Positions 1 to 9,049 of a stretch of DNA of 64,000 nucleotides are shown in pieces. Source of the stretch: Nitrospiraceae bacterium (GTDB taxonomy: Bacteria > Nitrospirota > Nitrospiria > Nitrospirales > Nitrospiraceae); assembly GCA_016650275.1 (NCBI GenBank), contig JAENWB010000041.1:6046-70045 (forward strand), written 5' to 3'. The translations under genes were made by a program, and so were the position numbers. Within the stretch, counting starts at the first letter, position 1. Every line of letters begins with the position of its first letter. The notes below the pieces were generated by a model. The model saw only the letters and a list, made by a program, of their open reading frames with translations. It was not told the origin of the DNA and did no database searches.

Positions 1-856
1 GCTTCTTTTCCAGTTCATTGGCCAGCTTCACCACGTCGATCTCCACGCGGCCACAGGTGGGACAGGCGATGACGTTGATCCCTCGATGGCGAAGCTCAAG
101 CGACTTCAAGATCTCGAACCCCACCTTCACTTCTTCGACTGGATCAGCAGCGAGTGACACGCGCAGGGTGTCGCCGATCCCCTGCGAGAGCAAATACCCG
201 AGACCTATGGCGGATTTGACGGCCCCGGTCATCGCCGTTCCTGCCTCTGTAATACCGATGTGCAACGGATAATCGGACTGGTGCGCAAACAACCAATAGG
301 CATCGATTGCATGGTGCACATCCGACGCCTTCAACGACACCTTCATATTCGTGAATCCAACGTCTTCTAACGCGTGGACGGCATTGAGCGCCGATTCGGC
401 CAAGGCTTCCGGTGACGGCCAGCCATATTTATCCAGCAACGGCCGCTCGAGTGACCCACCATTCACGCCGATGCGCAAGGGAATGCCTCGCTCGTTCACG
501 GCCTTGATGACTTCTTCGACTTTCCACCAGGCCCCGATGTTGCCCGGGTTGATCCGGACGCAGTCCACGATCTCAGCCGCTTTCAATGCCAACCGATGGT
601 CGAAATGAATATCCGCGATCAGCGGTACGGTCATTGCCGCTTTGATCTTGGGCAGCGCCGCCGCAGCTGCGTCGTCCGGCACGGCCACGCGGATCACTTC
701 GCACCCTGCGGCCTCCAACTGGAGAATTTGCGCGACCGTCGCTGCGACATCGCGCGTGTCAGTCGAACACATCGACTGCACGGACACGGGCGCGTCTCCG
801 CCGATCTTGAGCTTGCCAACTTTAATCTGCCGAGTTTTTCGTCTGGTGATGTGCAT
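1..856 (-). CDS. ispG: 4-hydroxy-3-methylbut-2-en-1-yl diphosphate synthase (IspG/GcpE); C-terminus runs off the window start
   Basis: Own minus-strand translation from ATG at 856-854: [37 protein letters not shown]...[17 protein letters not shown]. This matches the GcpE barrel plus Cys-rich Fe-S region. Absent from the ORF track because there is no stop in the window. Confidence 0.9.
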   Translation of the reverse strand, partial: MHITRRKTRQIKVGKLKIGGDAPVSVQSMCSTDTRDVAATVAQILQLEAAGCEVIRVAVPDDAAAAALPKIKAAMTVPLIADIHFDHRLALKAAEIVDCVRINPGNIGAWWKVEEVIKAVNERGIPLRIGVNGGSLERPLLDKYGWPSPEALAESALNAVHALEDVGFTNMKVSLKASDVHHAIDAYWLFAHQSDYPLHIGITEAGTAMTGAVKSAIGLGYLLSQGIGDTLRVSLAADPVEEVKVGFEILKSLELRHRGINVIACPTCGRVEIDVVKLANELEKK

Positions 857-868
857 TGGATCTAGATC

Positions 869-900
869 CGCCTGACGCCTAACATTTCACGCCTCACGTC
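869..900. repeat. Degenerate heptamer array in the dxs-ispG spacer (minus-strand reading GACGTGA GGCGTGA AATGTTA GGCGTCA)
   Basis: Read directly. 7-nt periodicity, and the same CGTGAGG/CGTGAAA word recurs at 4 other loci. Confidence 0.6.
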
Positions 901-905
901 TTCAC

Positions 906-2855
906 TCAGCTCCCCTGTTCATCTCCGTGCGGCAGCCGATCTGCCGATGAAGCAAGGGTGAACTGCTCTCGTGAGAAAGCCGGTGTCTTACCAATCAATT
1001 CCTTCACGCTCTGATAGATGCCTTCCGCCGTCAACCCGTACCGTTCGCGCAGGAAGTCCTGCGGCCCTTGCTCGATATACCAATCCGGCAATCCAAGAAC
1101 CTTCGTCGTCACATCCGTAACGCCGCCATCGGACAGGGCTTCGAGCACGGCTGAGCCGAACCCACCCATCTTGCAGCCTTCTTCAACCGTCACCATGTAT
1201 CGAACGCGCTTCGCCACCTCGACGATCAAGTCCTGATCCAGCGGCTTCACAAAACGCGCATTCACTACCGCCGTGGAAATACCTTCTTCCTCAAGCCGTT
1301 TCGCCGCCGCCACCGCATGCGAGACCGGCACACCGATGGCCACGATCGCCACCTCCGTGCCATCGCGCAACAACTCGCCCTTCCCAACCGGCAACGCCAT
1401 CGGCTCCTGATCCATCGTAACGCCCAGGCTCAGTCCGCGCGGATACCGTATCGAGGCAGGCCCGTCGTGCTGGATGCAGGTTTTCAGCATATGCTGTAAC
1501 TCATTTTCATCCTTCGGCGCCATAACGACCATGTTCGGCATGTGGCGCAGAAACGCATAATCAAACGCTCCATGGTGCGTTGTCCCGTCTTCCGCAACCA
1601 ACCCGCCGCGATCGATGCAGAAGGTCACCGGCAGATTTTGCGTGGCGACATCGTGCACCACCTGGTCATACGCACGCTGCAAAAAGGTGGAATACAACGC
1701 CACTACCGGACGGAGGCCCTGCGTCGCAAGACCCGCCGCAAATGTCACCGCATGTTGTTCGGCAATCCCCACGTCATAGATTCGGTCCGGAAACTCTTTC
1801 TCAAAAATATTGAGGCCGGTCCCTTCGCACATCGCAGCCGTAATCGCGACGATCCGTTTATCCGCTCGGGCCAGCTTGACCAACGATTCGATGGCAATCT
1901 GCGTATAAGACGGCCGCGCCGCTTTCTTCGCCGGTGCCCCGGTTTCCCGAACAAAAGGCGGGCAGGCATGGAACCACACGGGATTCTCCACCGCGGGCTT
2001 ATAGCCCAAGCCTTTTTTCGTAATGACATGGAGCAACACCGGCCCCTTCATCTTCAACACATTCTCCAAGGTGGGCAGCAGATGCTCGAAGTTATGTCCG
2101 TCGATCGGCCCCGCATACCTGAACCCAAGTTCTTCAAAGAGCAACCCGGGGAGGATCGCTCCCTTGGCTAGCTCTTCAGCCCGACGGGCCCACTTCTGCA
2201 TGTCCTGCCCGATGTGGGGGATTTTTCCCAACAGTTGCCCTGTTTCTTCCCGCATCTTGCCATAAAAATCTCCGGTGATGGTCCGGTTCAAATAGGAGGA
2301 AATGGCTCCGACATTCTTCGAAATGGACATTTGATTGTCGTTTAGAATTACCACGAAATCTTTCCCCAGCCCTCCGGCATGCTGCAGGCCTTCCAGCGTC
2401 ATCCCGGCCGTCATGGCGCCGTCCCCGACGACACAGATCACTTTATGTTTCTGCCGCAATTGCTCACGGGCGGCGACCAGCCCAAAAGCTGCGGAGACGC
2501 CGGTACCAGCATGGCCCGCGTTGAATGTGTCGTAGACGCTTTCCTCACGTTTGGTGAACCCGCTCATTCCCCCGTACTGTCGGAGCGTGTGAAACTGTTC
2601 CCGACGCCCGGTGAGTAGTTTATGCGCATAGGCTTGATTGCTCGTGTCCCATACGATCTTGTCCTTGGGGGTATTGAGCAGGTAGTGCAATGCCACCGTG
2701 AGTTCAATCACTCCGAGGTTCGAGGCCAGGTGACCTCCAACATTGGAAACCACGCCGATAATCTGCTCCCGCAGCTCCTGGCACAAGGCAGGAAACTCCG
2801 TCGGTGAGAGCCGTTTCAGATCAGCGGGGCTTTGAATGGTCTTCAAAATCGACAT
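906..2855 (-). CDS. dxs: 1-deoxy-D-xylulose-5-phosphate synthase
   Basis: 649-aa ORF with Dxs-typical N-terminus (LKTIQSPADLKRL), the TPP motif GDGAMTAGM, and transketolase pyrimidine-binding and C-terminal domains. Confidence 0.95.
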   Translation of the reverse strand: MSILKTIQSPADLKRLSPTEFPALCQELREQIIGVVSNVGGHLASNLGVIELTVALHYLLNTPKDKIVWDTSNQAYAHKLLTGRREQFHTLRQYGGMSGFTKREESVYDTFNAGHAGTGVSAAFGLVAAREQLRQKHKVICVVGDGAMTAGMTLEGLQHAGGLGKDFVVILNDNQMSISKNVGAISSYLNRTITGDFYGKMREETGQLLGKIPHIGQDMQKWARRAEELAKGAILPGLLFEELGFRYAGPIDGHNFEHLLPTLENVLKMKGPVLLHVITKKGLGYKPAVENPVWFHACPPFVRETGAPAKKAARPSYTQIAIESLVKLARADKRIVAITAAMCEGTGLNIFEKEFPDRIYDVGIAEQHAVTFAAGLATQGLRPVVALYSTFLQRAYDQVVHDVATQNLPVTFCIDRGGLVAEDGTTHHGAFDYAFLRHMPNMVVMAPKDENELQHMLKTCIQHDGPASIRYPRGLSLGVTMDQEPMALPVGKGELLRDGTEVAIVAIGVPVSHAVAAAKRLEEEGISTAVVNARFVKPLDQDLIVEVAKRVRYMVTVEEGCKMGGFGSAVLEALSDGGVTDVTTKVLGLPDWYIEQGPQDFLRERYGLTAEGIYQSVKELIGKTPAFSREQFTLASSADRLPHGDEQGS

Positions 2856-3022
2856 GACAGATGCTCCTTTGCGTGAACGCGTGTGCCTGTATCACCGAGC
2901 TGGACCAGGCTAAGCACTGGCGAAGCAGTGTGGCAGTTTGCCACGCTCGCAGGGATGAGTCTCACATGGTAATCTCATGTTGTCAAGGGGTTAGCCAGCT
3001 TCCATCGAAACTCCTGCATCAC

Positions 3023-4042
3023 TCACGACTCCAGTCTATAGGTCAACAATGTCGAGAGCGTGAAGTCTGCTGCGCTCCCGGTAATGAAGTCGATATTTTC
3101 GATCCCGTAGCCTTGCCACAAGAGGTGTTGAGTCAGTCGGTAGCTGAACCCAAGCACCGATTCCGTCACGCCCTTATCCAGCGTTCGCGTGCCCACACCG
3201 TGGAATGGTGAGGAGTAATAATCGAACTGCGTCGTGAAGGAAAGATTCTCCGACCACAGATATTCCACGGCGACAAGCCCGGATATCGTCGGCTGGATAG
3301 CGATCCCCGCAATCCGCCCGGTCGGGACCACTCCGTTGAGGTTGCCATAGACCACCCAACGACCGCCGAATCCTTTTTCAGCCGCCAAACCAAACCCGAC
3401 ATCCGGGCTGCCACTCCCGAAGAATTGCCCTTCATCCCCCGTGGGAAGCTTGAACGCCGTACGGACTGACAGCGCCGGCAACAAGGCAGTCTCTTGAAGC
3501 AATTGGTATTTGCTCATCACCGTACTGTCGCCCAACCCGACGACTCCTTCACGTCCGCTCGCGACGGTCCGTCCCCCGCGTGAGATATTGAATACATAGC
3601 CCGACTGGCTCAGTGCGTTGCGAGCCGGCGCCAAGCCGGTTGTCGCCCGTTCAACTGCCTGGATGGGTCCATCCATGAACCCCCGACTACGATAGAGCAC
3701 GGGAACTTCCACGGAGAGTTCCCAGCGCTCCGTCGCCCCGTATCGAAGAAACACACCGGATCGCAGGGTTTCAAACTTCATCGTCACGCTGGCTTGAGGG
3801 CTTTGATCGCGAAAAATGCCAGCAGTTTCGGCGAGCTCCAATCGAAAATCAAGCACTCCCTTCTTCAGCACGGCGGCGCGATCTCCCGGCATGCTCAAGA
3901 CCAGCTGCTGGATCGGCTGGAAGTTTCTGACAGGGAACGGACCGAAACCCTCTGCCCCAACCAGCGCAGGCTGGGAAGCAAGGGAAACGAGGAATGCGGT
4001 AAAGAGTACTCGATAAACCACCGACCAACATCGGACCTTCAC
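3023..4042 (-). CDS. Putative outer-membrane beta-barrel protein (DUF3187-like), function unknown
   Basis: 339 aa with an N-terminal signal-like hydrophobic segment and alternating beta-strand-like pattern rich in G/Y/F. Family assignment is from memory only. Confidence 0.5.
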   Translation of the reverse strand: MKVRCWSVVYRVLFTAFLVSLASQPALVGAEGFGPFPVRNFQPIQQLVLSMPGDRAAVLKKGVLDFRLELAETAGIFRDQSPQASVTMKFETLRSGVFLRYGATERWELSVEVPVLYRSRGFMDGPIQAVERATTGLAPARNALSQSGYVFNISRGGRTVASGREGVVGLGDSTVMSKYQLLQETALLPALSVRTAFKLPTGDEGQFFGSGSPDVGFGLAAEKGFGGRWVVYGNLNGVVPTGRIAGIAIQPTISGLVAVEYLWSENLSFTTQFDYYSSPFHGVGTRTLDKGVTESVLGFSYRLTQHLLWQGYGIENIDFITGSAADFTLSTLLTYRLES

Positions 4043-4284
4043 AATATCTCCTGCTCTCAGGTAATCAGGGGGGTGCGCTTAACCCACCTCTAAGCATTCG
4101 AGCCTGCACCCATCCGCTTCAAGCTGCCTGATTACGTTCATTAGCAGGCAGAACGGTACACTCAAGACTTTCCCAGCAGGTCTGTTGCTTTCCAAGAGCC
4201 ATTACGTTCTGCGCAGGGTAGTCTAAGAAAGGGGTGCTTGGCTATTCCCCAAGAGGTGGGGAACTTAGCTGACGCGGCTGCCCA

Positions 4285-5487
4285 TCAGTACGGAAAGTCG
4301 AGCCCCGCAAAGATCGCGCCACCTTCCCGGCTGTAGCCGTAGTCGACCCGTCCGACGACATTGGGTCGAACGATTCCACGGAATCCAATACCCGGAGTCA
4401 TACGGTAATTATTAAAGGTCACGTCCTTGTAGTCATTGAAAACCTGTCCCGTATCCAAGAACGGTGCAATTTCGAAATCCGCGCTGGCGCCTGCAATCTT
4501 TGCACGCATCAGATGAATGCGCTCCTCAATGCTGAGCGACAAGAGATGCTTGTCAATAAAACGGTCAACGCCGAATCCGCGCAGATTGTTTTGTCCGCCC
4601 AATGAGCTTTGTTCGAAAAATGGCACTTGCGTCCCGATCGTCGCCTGGAGGTTCGCCCGCACAATGAGAATCGCACGCTTCGATTCACTTGGGAACAGCT
4701 TCTTAACCTCGAATTCATAGCGGGAGTATATGGGATGGTCGCCGTTGCGGAGGTTCTGGTTCACCTCCGCATAGGCAATCACGGCCATCCCATCGGTCGG
4801 CGAGATGAGATTGTTCCTCGTATCGTAATAAAAGGTCGCCCGGTGTCCAAGAATGAGCGACTCGCCTTGCACCCCATCCACCGTAGAAAAGCGGTCGCCG
4901 GTAAATGGGAGATCCGTTGCGCCCCTCTGCAGACGCACGTCGCGGAAGCGCTGGCCAACGGCAATCTGAGTGACCTCGTTGGCGTAGACCCCGAATCGCC
5001 AGTTCACCCGGGTTTCACGCCCGGTGTAATTCGTTTGCTCTGACTCTGATGTCGCTTGCCCTAAGCCAAAAAACCGAGTGGTGGCATTTTTAAAAAACGA
5101 GGCACCGAAGTTCAACGAGTAGCGCCCCTCACTGAAGGCCGGATCGGCGTAACTGAATACCACTCTGCGTTCAATCTGCTCAGTGAAGGATCCAATGAAC
5201 CGAATTTCACGCCCCCCCGGCTCGTATCGAAACAGATTGAGCGCGCCTCGTGTTCCAACAATGGAATTATGAACGATCATCGGGGCGAAGAGATATTTGA
5301 GTTCTCCATCAGGGTCCGTGCTCAGCATCGGGACGATCAACCCAACATCGTTCCCATCATTCTTGCTGGTGGACACGGCAGGAACCGGGAAATATTGGAC
5401 GTCGGCTCCTACATGCTCAGGCAGCGCGATGACACTCGCCACAAGGAACACGAGGGCAACGGCGATGCGGCCGCGCAGGCTTGTCAT
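4285..5487 (-). CDS. Omp85/bacterial surface antigen (D15) family outer-membrane barrel without POTRA domains
   Basis: 400 aa with a signal peptide, the Bac_surface_Ag-like motif FFEQSSLGGQNNLRGF, and an aromatic C-terminus (DFPY). Lies 18 nt downstream of mlaC on the same strand. Confidence 0.7.
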   Translation of the reverse strand: MTSLRGRIAVALVFLVASVIALPEHVGADVQYFPVPAVSTSKNDGNDVGLIVPMLSTDPDGELKYLFAPMIVHNSIVGTRGALNLFRYEPGGREIRFIGSFTEQIERRVVFSYADPAFSEGRYSLNFGASFFKNATTRFFGLGQATSESEQTNYTGRETRVNWRFGVYANEVTQIAVGQRFRDVRLQRGATDLPFTGDRFSTVDGVQGESLILGHRATFYYDTRNNLISPTDGMAVIAYAEVNQNLRNGDHPIYSRYEFEVKKLFPSESKRAILIVRANLQATIGTQVPFFEQSSLGGQNNLRGFGVDRFIDKHLLSLSIEERIHLMRAKIAGASADFEIAPFLDTGQVFNDYKDVTFNNYRMTPGIGFRGIVRPNVVGRVDYGYSREGGAIFAGLDFPY

Positions 5488-5505
5488 GAAATTCCTGGAG
5501 AGGGT

Positions 5506-6198
5506 TTATTGGGCTTTAATCTTGTCTGATTTCTTACGAAGCTGGTCCACCAAGTCGGCATAGGTTGAAGAACGGAGGATCTTTGAAAACTGCCCCCGGT
5601 AATTATTCACTAAGCTGACACCGTCCACCACGACGTCATAGACCCGCCAATCAGTATCCTTGTTGAGCAAGCGGTAGTCGAGCGGAATTTCGATCTTGCC
5701 GGTCAATACCTTGGTCCTGACTTCAGCATAGTCTTTCTCAGTCCGTTCATTGACATACTGCACACCTTCCCCGGAATAGGATTCGATCTTGTCGGCGTAG
5801 GAATTGGTCAAGAGCGTCTTGAACAATACGACAAATTCTTGTTTGTCTTTGTCGGATAGCGTATTCCAAGGAGCCCCCAGCGCTCGTCTCGACATTTCCT
5901 GATAGTCGAACCGATCCCCGACAACCTGTTCCAATCGCTGCCGGCGCTCTTCAGTTCTCCCCGGCTTGTTCAATTCCTTGTCCTGTATGATTCTCAGGAC
6001 TTCGTCGATGGTGCTTTTCATGGCCTCAGTCGCGCCACCCGCCACTGCCGGTTGGACGGCAACCCCACCAAACAGCAACAGCAGACACGCCATCCCGCTC
6101 GCGACCCTACCCCAACTCCATCTCTGCGCTTGGGTAACGGCAGATCCGTTGATCTCCATGTATTCTCTCCCTGTATACGCCCACATGCTTTCCTTCAT
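5506..6198 (-). CDS. mlaC: MlaC/Ttg2D-family periplasmic lipid-binding protein
   Basis: 230 aa with a signal sequence and MlaC-like motifs (FDYQEMSRRALG, DWRVYDVVVDGVSLV). Confidence 0.8.
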   Translation of the reverse strand: MKESMWAYTGREYMEINGSAVTQAQRWSWGRVASGMACLLLLFGGVAVQPAVAGGATEAMKSTIDEVLRIIQDKELNKPGRTEERRQRLEQVVGDRFDYQEMSRRALGAPWNTLSDKDKQEFVVLFKTLLTNSYADKIESYSGEGVQYVNERTEKDYAEVRTKVLTGKIEIPLDYRLLNKDTDWRVYDVVVDGVSLVNNYRGQFSKILRSSTYADLVDQLRKKSDKIKAQ

Positions 6199-6205
6199 CG
6201 GATCA

Positions 6206-6649
6206 TCAGTTCACTTTGCCATGAACAAACTGACCCACCAACTCCTCAAGATCGAGGCCCGATTCGGTATCACGTATCGTATCTCCCGGCTTGAGCGGAT
6301 CGCCACCCCCTCCCGGAGACAGGGCCAAGAATTTCTCTCCGATGATGCCCCGCGTCTTAATGGACGCAAAGGTGTCCGTATAGAGCTTGACGGTGTTGTT
6401 GACCGCCAGTTTCACCTTCGCACGATCCTCAATGAGCGTAATCCCTCGGACCCTGCCGACTTCGACGCCGGCGATTTCGATCGTCGAGCCCGGTTTGAGC
6501 CCCGAGGCGCTGTTGAACTGCGCTTCGACTTCGTAGACGTCGCCGCCAATCATCTCAAGTTTCCCGAGCTTGATCGACAGATAGGCGAGGCACAATATGC
6601 CGATGAACACGAACACGCCAACCACCATCTCCAACTTGGCTTTTTCCAT
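6206..6649 (-). CDS. mlaD: MlaD (MCE-domain) inner-membrane lipid transport protein
   Basis: Start moved to the internal ATG (MEKAKLEMVVGVFVF...), which has GGGAG 7 nt upstream. One TM helix followed by an MCE domain. Confidence 0.8.
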   Translation of the reverse strand: MEKAKLEMVVGVFVFIGILCLAYLSIKLGKLEMIGGDVYEVEAQFNSASGLKPGSTIEIAGVEVGRVRGITLIEDRAKVKLAVNNTVKLYTDTFASIKTRGIIGEKFLALSPGGGGDPLKPGDTIRDTESGLDLEELVGQFVHGKVN

Positions 6650-6665
6650 CGTCGGTACTCCCCTC

Positions 6666-7421
6666 TCACCCAACAAGCGATCCAGGCAACGCCACAGTCC
6701 CGCCGACCGAAATGAATTCATGAATCTCCGGATCGGTGGTCCGCTGGAACTCAGCGGCCGTGGCCATCAACACTATCTTGCCGTTCTGAAGCATCGCCAC
6801 CCAGTCGGAAATTGCGAAGATCTCCGGAATTTCATGACTGACCATCACCCCCGTAAAGCCGAATCGCCGCTGCATGGTAACAATCAAATCGTGAATCGAC
6901 TTCGCCAGCAAAGGGTCCAACCCCGTCGTCGGCTCATCAAAGAGGATAATCTCAGGCTCCATGACCAACGCCCGTGCTAATCCAGCCCGTTTTCGCATAC
7001 CGCCGCTCAATTCGGCTGGGAACTTGTGCCCCATCCCCGCCAACCCGACTTCTTCCAGCTTTTCCTCGACCCGTCGCGTCACCGCCGGGCCCTTCATCCG
7101 CAACTTCTCTCGCAACGGGAACGCCACATTCTCGAAAACCGAGAGCGAGTCGAACAGCGCGGCCCCCTGAAAGAGCATCGCAAACCGTTTCCGCACATCG
7201 TTCAAGCGCATGCCCGACAGGCGAGAGATTTCCACATCGCCGACCCACACCTCGCCACGATCCGGCTGCAGGAGCCCGATCATATGCTTGAGGAGCACAC
7301 TCTTTCCCGATCCACTGCCACCGATGATGGTCGTCAGCTTGCCGACAGGGATGGAGAGATCAATGCCTTGCAAGACCGGCTGATCACCAAACTTTTTTTC
7401 GACGCCGATCAGTCTGATCAT
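6666..7421 (-). CDS. mlaF: MlaF-type ABC transporter ATPase
   Basis: 251 aa with Walker A GGSGSGKS, ABC signature LSGGMRKR and Walker B ILFDEP. Confidence 0.9.
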   Translation of the reverse strand: MIRLIGVEKKFGDQPVLQGIDLSIPVGKLTTIIGGSGSGKSVLLKHMIGLLQPDRGEVWVGDVEISRLSGMRLNDVRKRFAMLFQGAALFDSLSVFENVAFPLREKLRMKGPAVTRRVEEKLEEVGLAGMGHKFPAELSGGMRKRAGLARALVMEPEIILFDEPTTGLDPLLAKSIHDLIVTMQRRFGFTGVMVSHEIPEIFAISDWVAMLQNGKIVLMATAAEFQRTTDPEIHEFISVGGTVALPGSLVG

Positions 7422-7426
7422 GGGCG

Positions 7427-8197
7427 TTAGAGCAAAACCGACGTGAGAAAATAGTCCCAGACGAGGATGAGTACGGAGGACAAGACCACCGCCTCCGTTG
7501 TCGCACGCCCAAGTCCCTCGGCGCTGTGTCTCGTATAAAACCCCTTATAGCTACAGACCCAACTGACGATCACCCCGAAGCTGATCGACTTGAGAATGCC
7601 CCCGTAGACGTCTTTCCATTCCACGGCCGATTCGATCGAGTTCCAATAGGCCCCTTCGCTCACTCCCAATAAATCCACTCCGACAAGGTAGCCGCCATAG
7701 ATACCGACCACATCAAATATAGCCACGAGTAACGGCACCCCGATCACGCCGGCCACTAATTTCGGTGCAATTAAATATTGCAGCGGATTGATCGCCATGG
7801 TATCGAGCGCATCAATCTGTTCCGTAATCCGCATGATGCCGATCTCGGCGGTCATGGCTGAACCGGCCCTCGCGGTCACCATCAACGCAGCCAACACCGG
7901 CCCTAGCTCCCGGATCATGCTCAACGCCACCGCAGAACCCAGTAACCCCTCAGAACCAAACTTCCGCAAGCTGTAATAGCCTTGAAGCGCCAGCACCATC
8001 CCCGTAAACCCTGCGGTGAGTACGACGACAAACGTGGATTTATATCCGATAAAATGAAGTTGCTTGATGATTTGATAGAATCGAAATGGAGGCCGCACCA
8101 GCCAGGCAAACGCCGACAGCAGAAACAACAACATGCGGCCCATCTCCCGTACACGAATGATGGCCCACGCACCCAGCTGTTCGATCACGTTCGTCAT
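7427..8197 (-). CDS. mlaE: MlaE-type ABC transporter permease
   Basis: About 256 aa, polytopic, MlaE/YrbE family pattern. The ATG at 8197 lies 3 nt after the hpnG stop; the track starts at TTG 8200. Confidence 0.9.
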   Translation of the reverse strand: MTNVIEQLGAWAIIRVREMGRMLLFLLSAFAWLVRPPFRFYQIIKQLHFIGYKSTFVVVLTAGFTGMVLALQGYYSLRKFGSEGLLGSAVALSMIRELGPVLAALMVTARAGSAMTAEIGIMRITEQIDALDTMAINPLQYLIAPKLVAGVIGVPLLVAIFDVVGIYGGYLVGVDLLGVSEGAYWNSIESAVEWKDVYGGILKSISFGVIVSWVCSYKGFYTRHSAEGLGRATTEAVVLSSVLILVWDYFLTSVLL

Positions 8198-8200
8198 CAA

Positions 8201-9049
8201 TTACCTGGACGGTCGAAGAGATTCACTGTCTGTCTCCGCATAGCACTGAAACCATTCTGTCAACCGCCCCGCAGCCACCCGACTCTGCTTTCGCAACCGA
8301 TTCAGCCCCTCAATGCTCGAGGGGCGACCGATGAGCGCCTGCATACCTTTTATCCAGCCAGTGGGCCTGAGAAACAAATTGAAGTCAAGAGGGAGATCTT
8401 CATCTACCAGATCGGAGACCGTCCGCACGATCGCCATAGGAAGGCCTCCTTCTTGAGCCACCGCCGCCACCGCGGCACTTTCCATATCGAGCCCGGTCGC
8501 GTCGGTCAGACGACGCAGCCGGCGTTTCTCCTCTGCCTGCCACACCACGGTCCCCGATGACACGACTGTTCCGACCCGTGCGACCAACCCTGCATCCTGC
8601 GCCACAACAAGCAGGCCTGTGCGCACGGCCTCATCGCATAATACACGGTCATCCCTCATCGTCCAGGTTCCTTCACCATCTACAGAAGACACCGCTGTGC
8701 CAACGATGAGGTCTCCCACCTGAGCCGGTACGAGCGCGCAAGCAAAACCCGTGGACAGGACCAGCGACATCGCTTGTGCCTTCAACACCCTTCCCGCAAC
8801 AGTGCCGGCTGCAGCGGGGCCGACGCCGGTTTGAATGAGCCAATACGTACGATCCCCGCGCTGTCCAATATGGCAGCGAACACCGGCAATTGTCGCCACA
8901 CGATCCGTCGCGAGCGCACGCCGAACGGCCTGGAGTTCCCAGCGCGTCGCGGCAAAGATGGCAATGGGATTCACCGCAGATCCTGAGAGGAGTTGCCCTG
9001 CGCCAGTGGATGACGTCGGCGTGCGGTTCAACGATCGGCTCGATGACAC
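8201..9049 (-). CDS. hpnG: Hopanoid-associated nucleoside phosphorylase family protein (HpnG-like)
   Basis: 282-aa PNP/UDP-1 fold-like sequence. The start overlaps the shc stop by 22 nt. The position next to shc matches known hpn clusters. Confidence 0.7.
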   Translation of the reverse strand: MSSSRSLNRTPTSSTGAGQLLSGSAVNPIAIFAATRWELQAVRRALATDRVATIAGVRCHIGQRGDRTYWLIQTGVGPAAAGTVAGRVLKAQAMSLVLSTGFACALVPAQVGDLIVGTAVSSVDGEGTWTMRDDRVLCDEAVRTGLLVVAQDAGLVARVGTVVSSGTVVWQAEEKRRLRRLTDATGLDMESAAVAAVAQEGGLPMAIVRTVSDLVDEDLPLDFNLFLRPTGWIKGMQALIGRPSSIEGLNRLRKQSRVAAGRLTEWFQCYAETDSESLRPSR

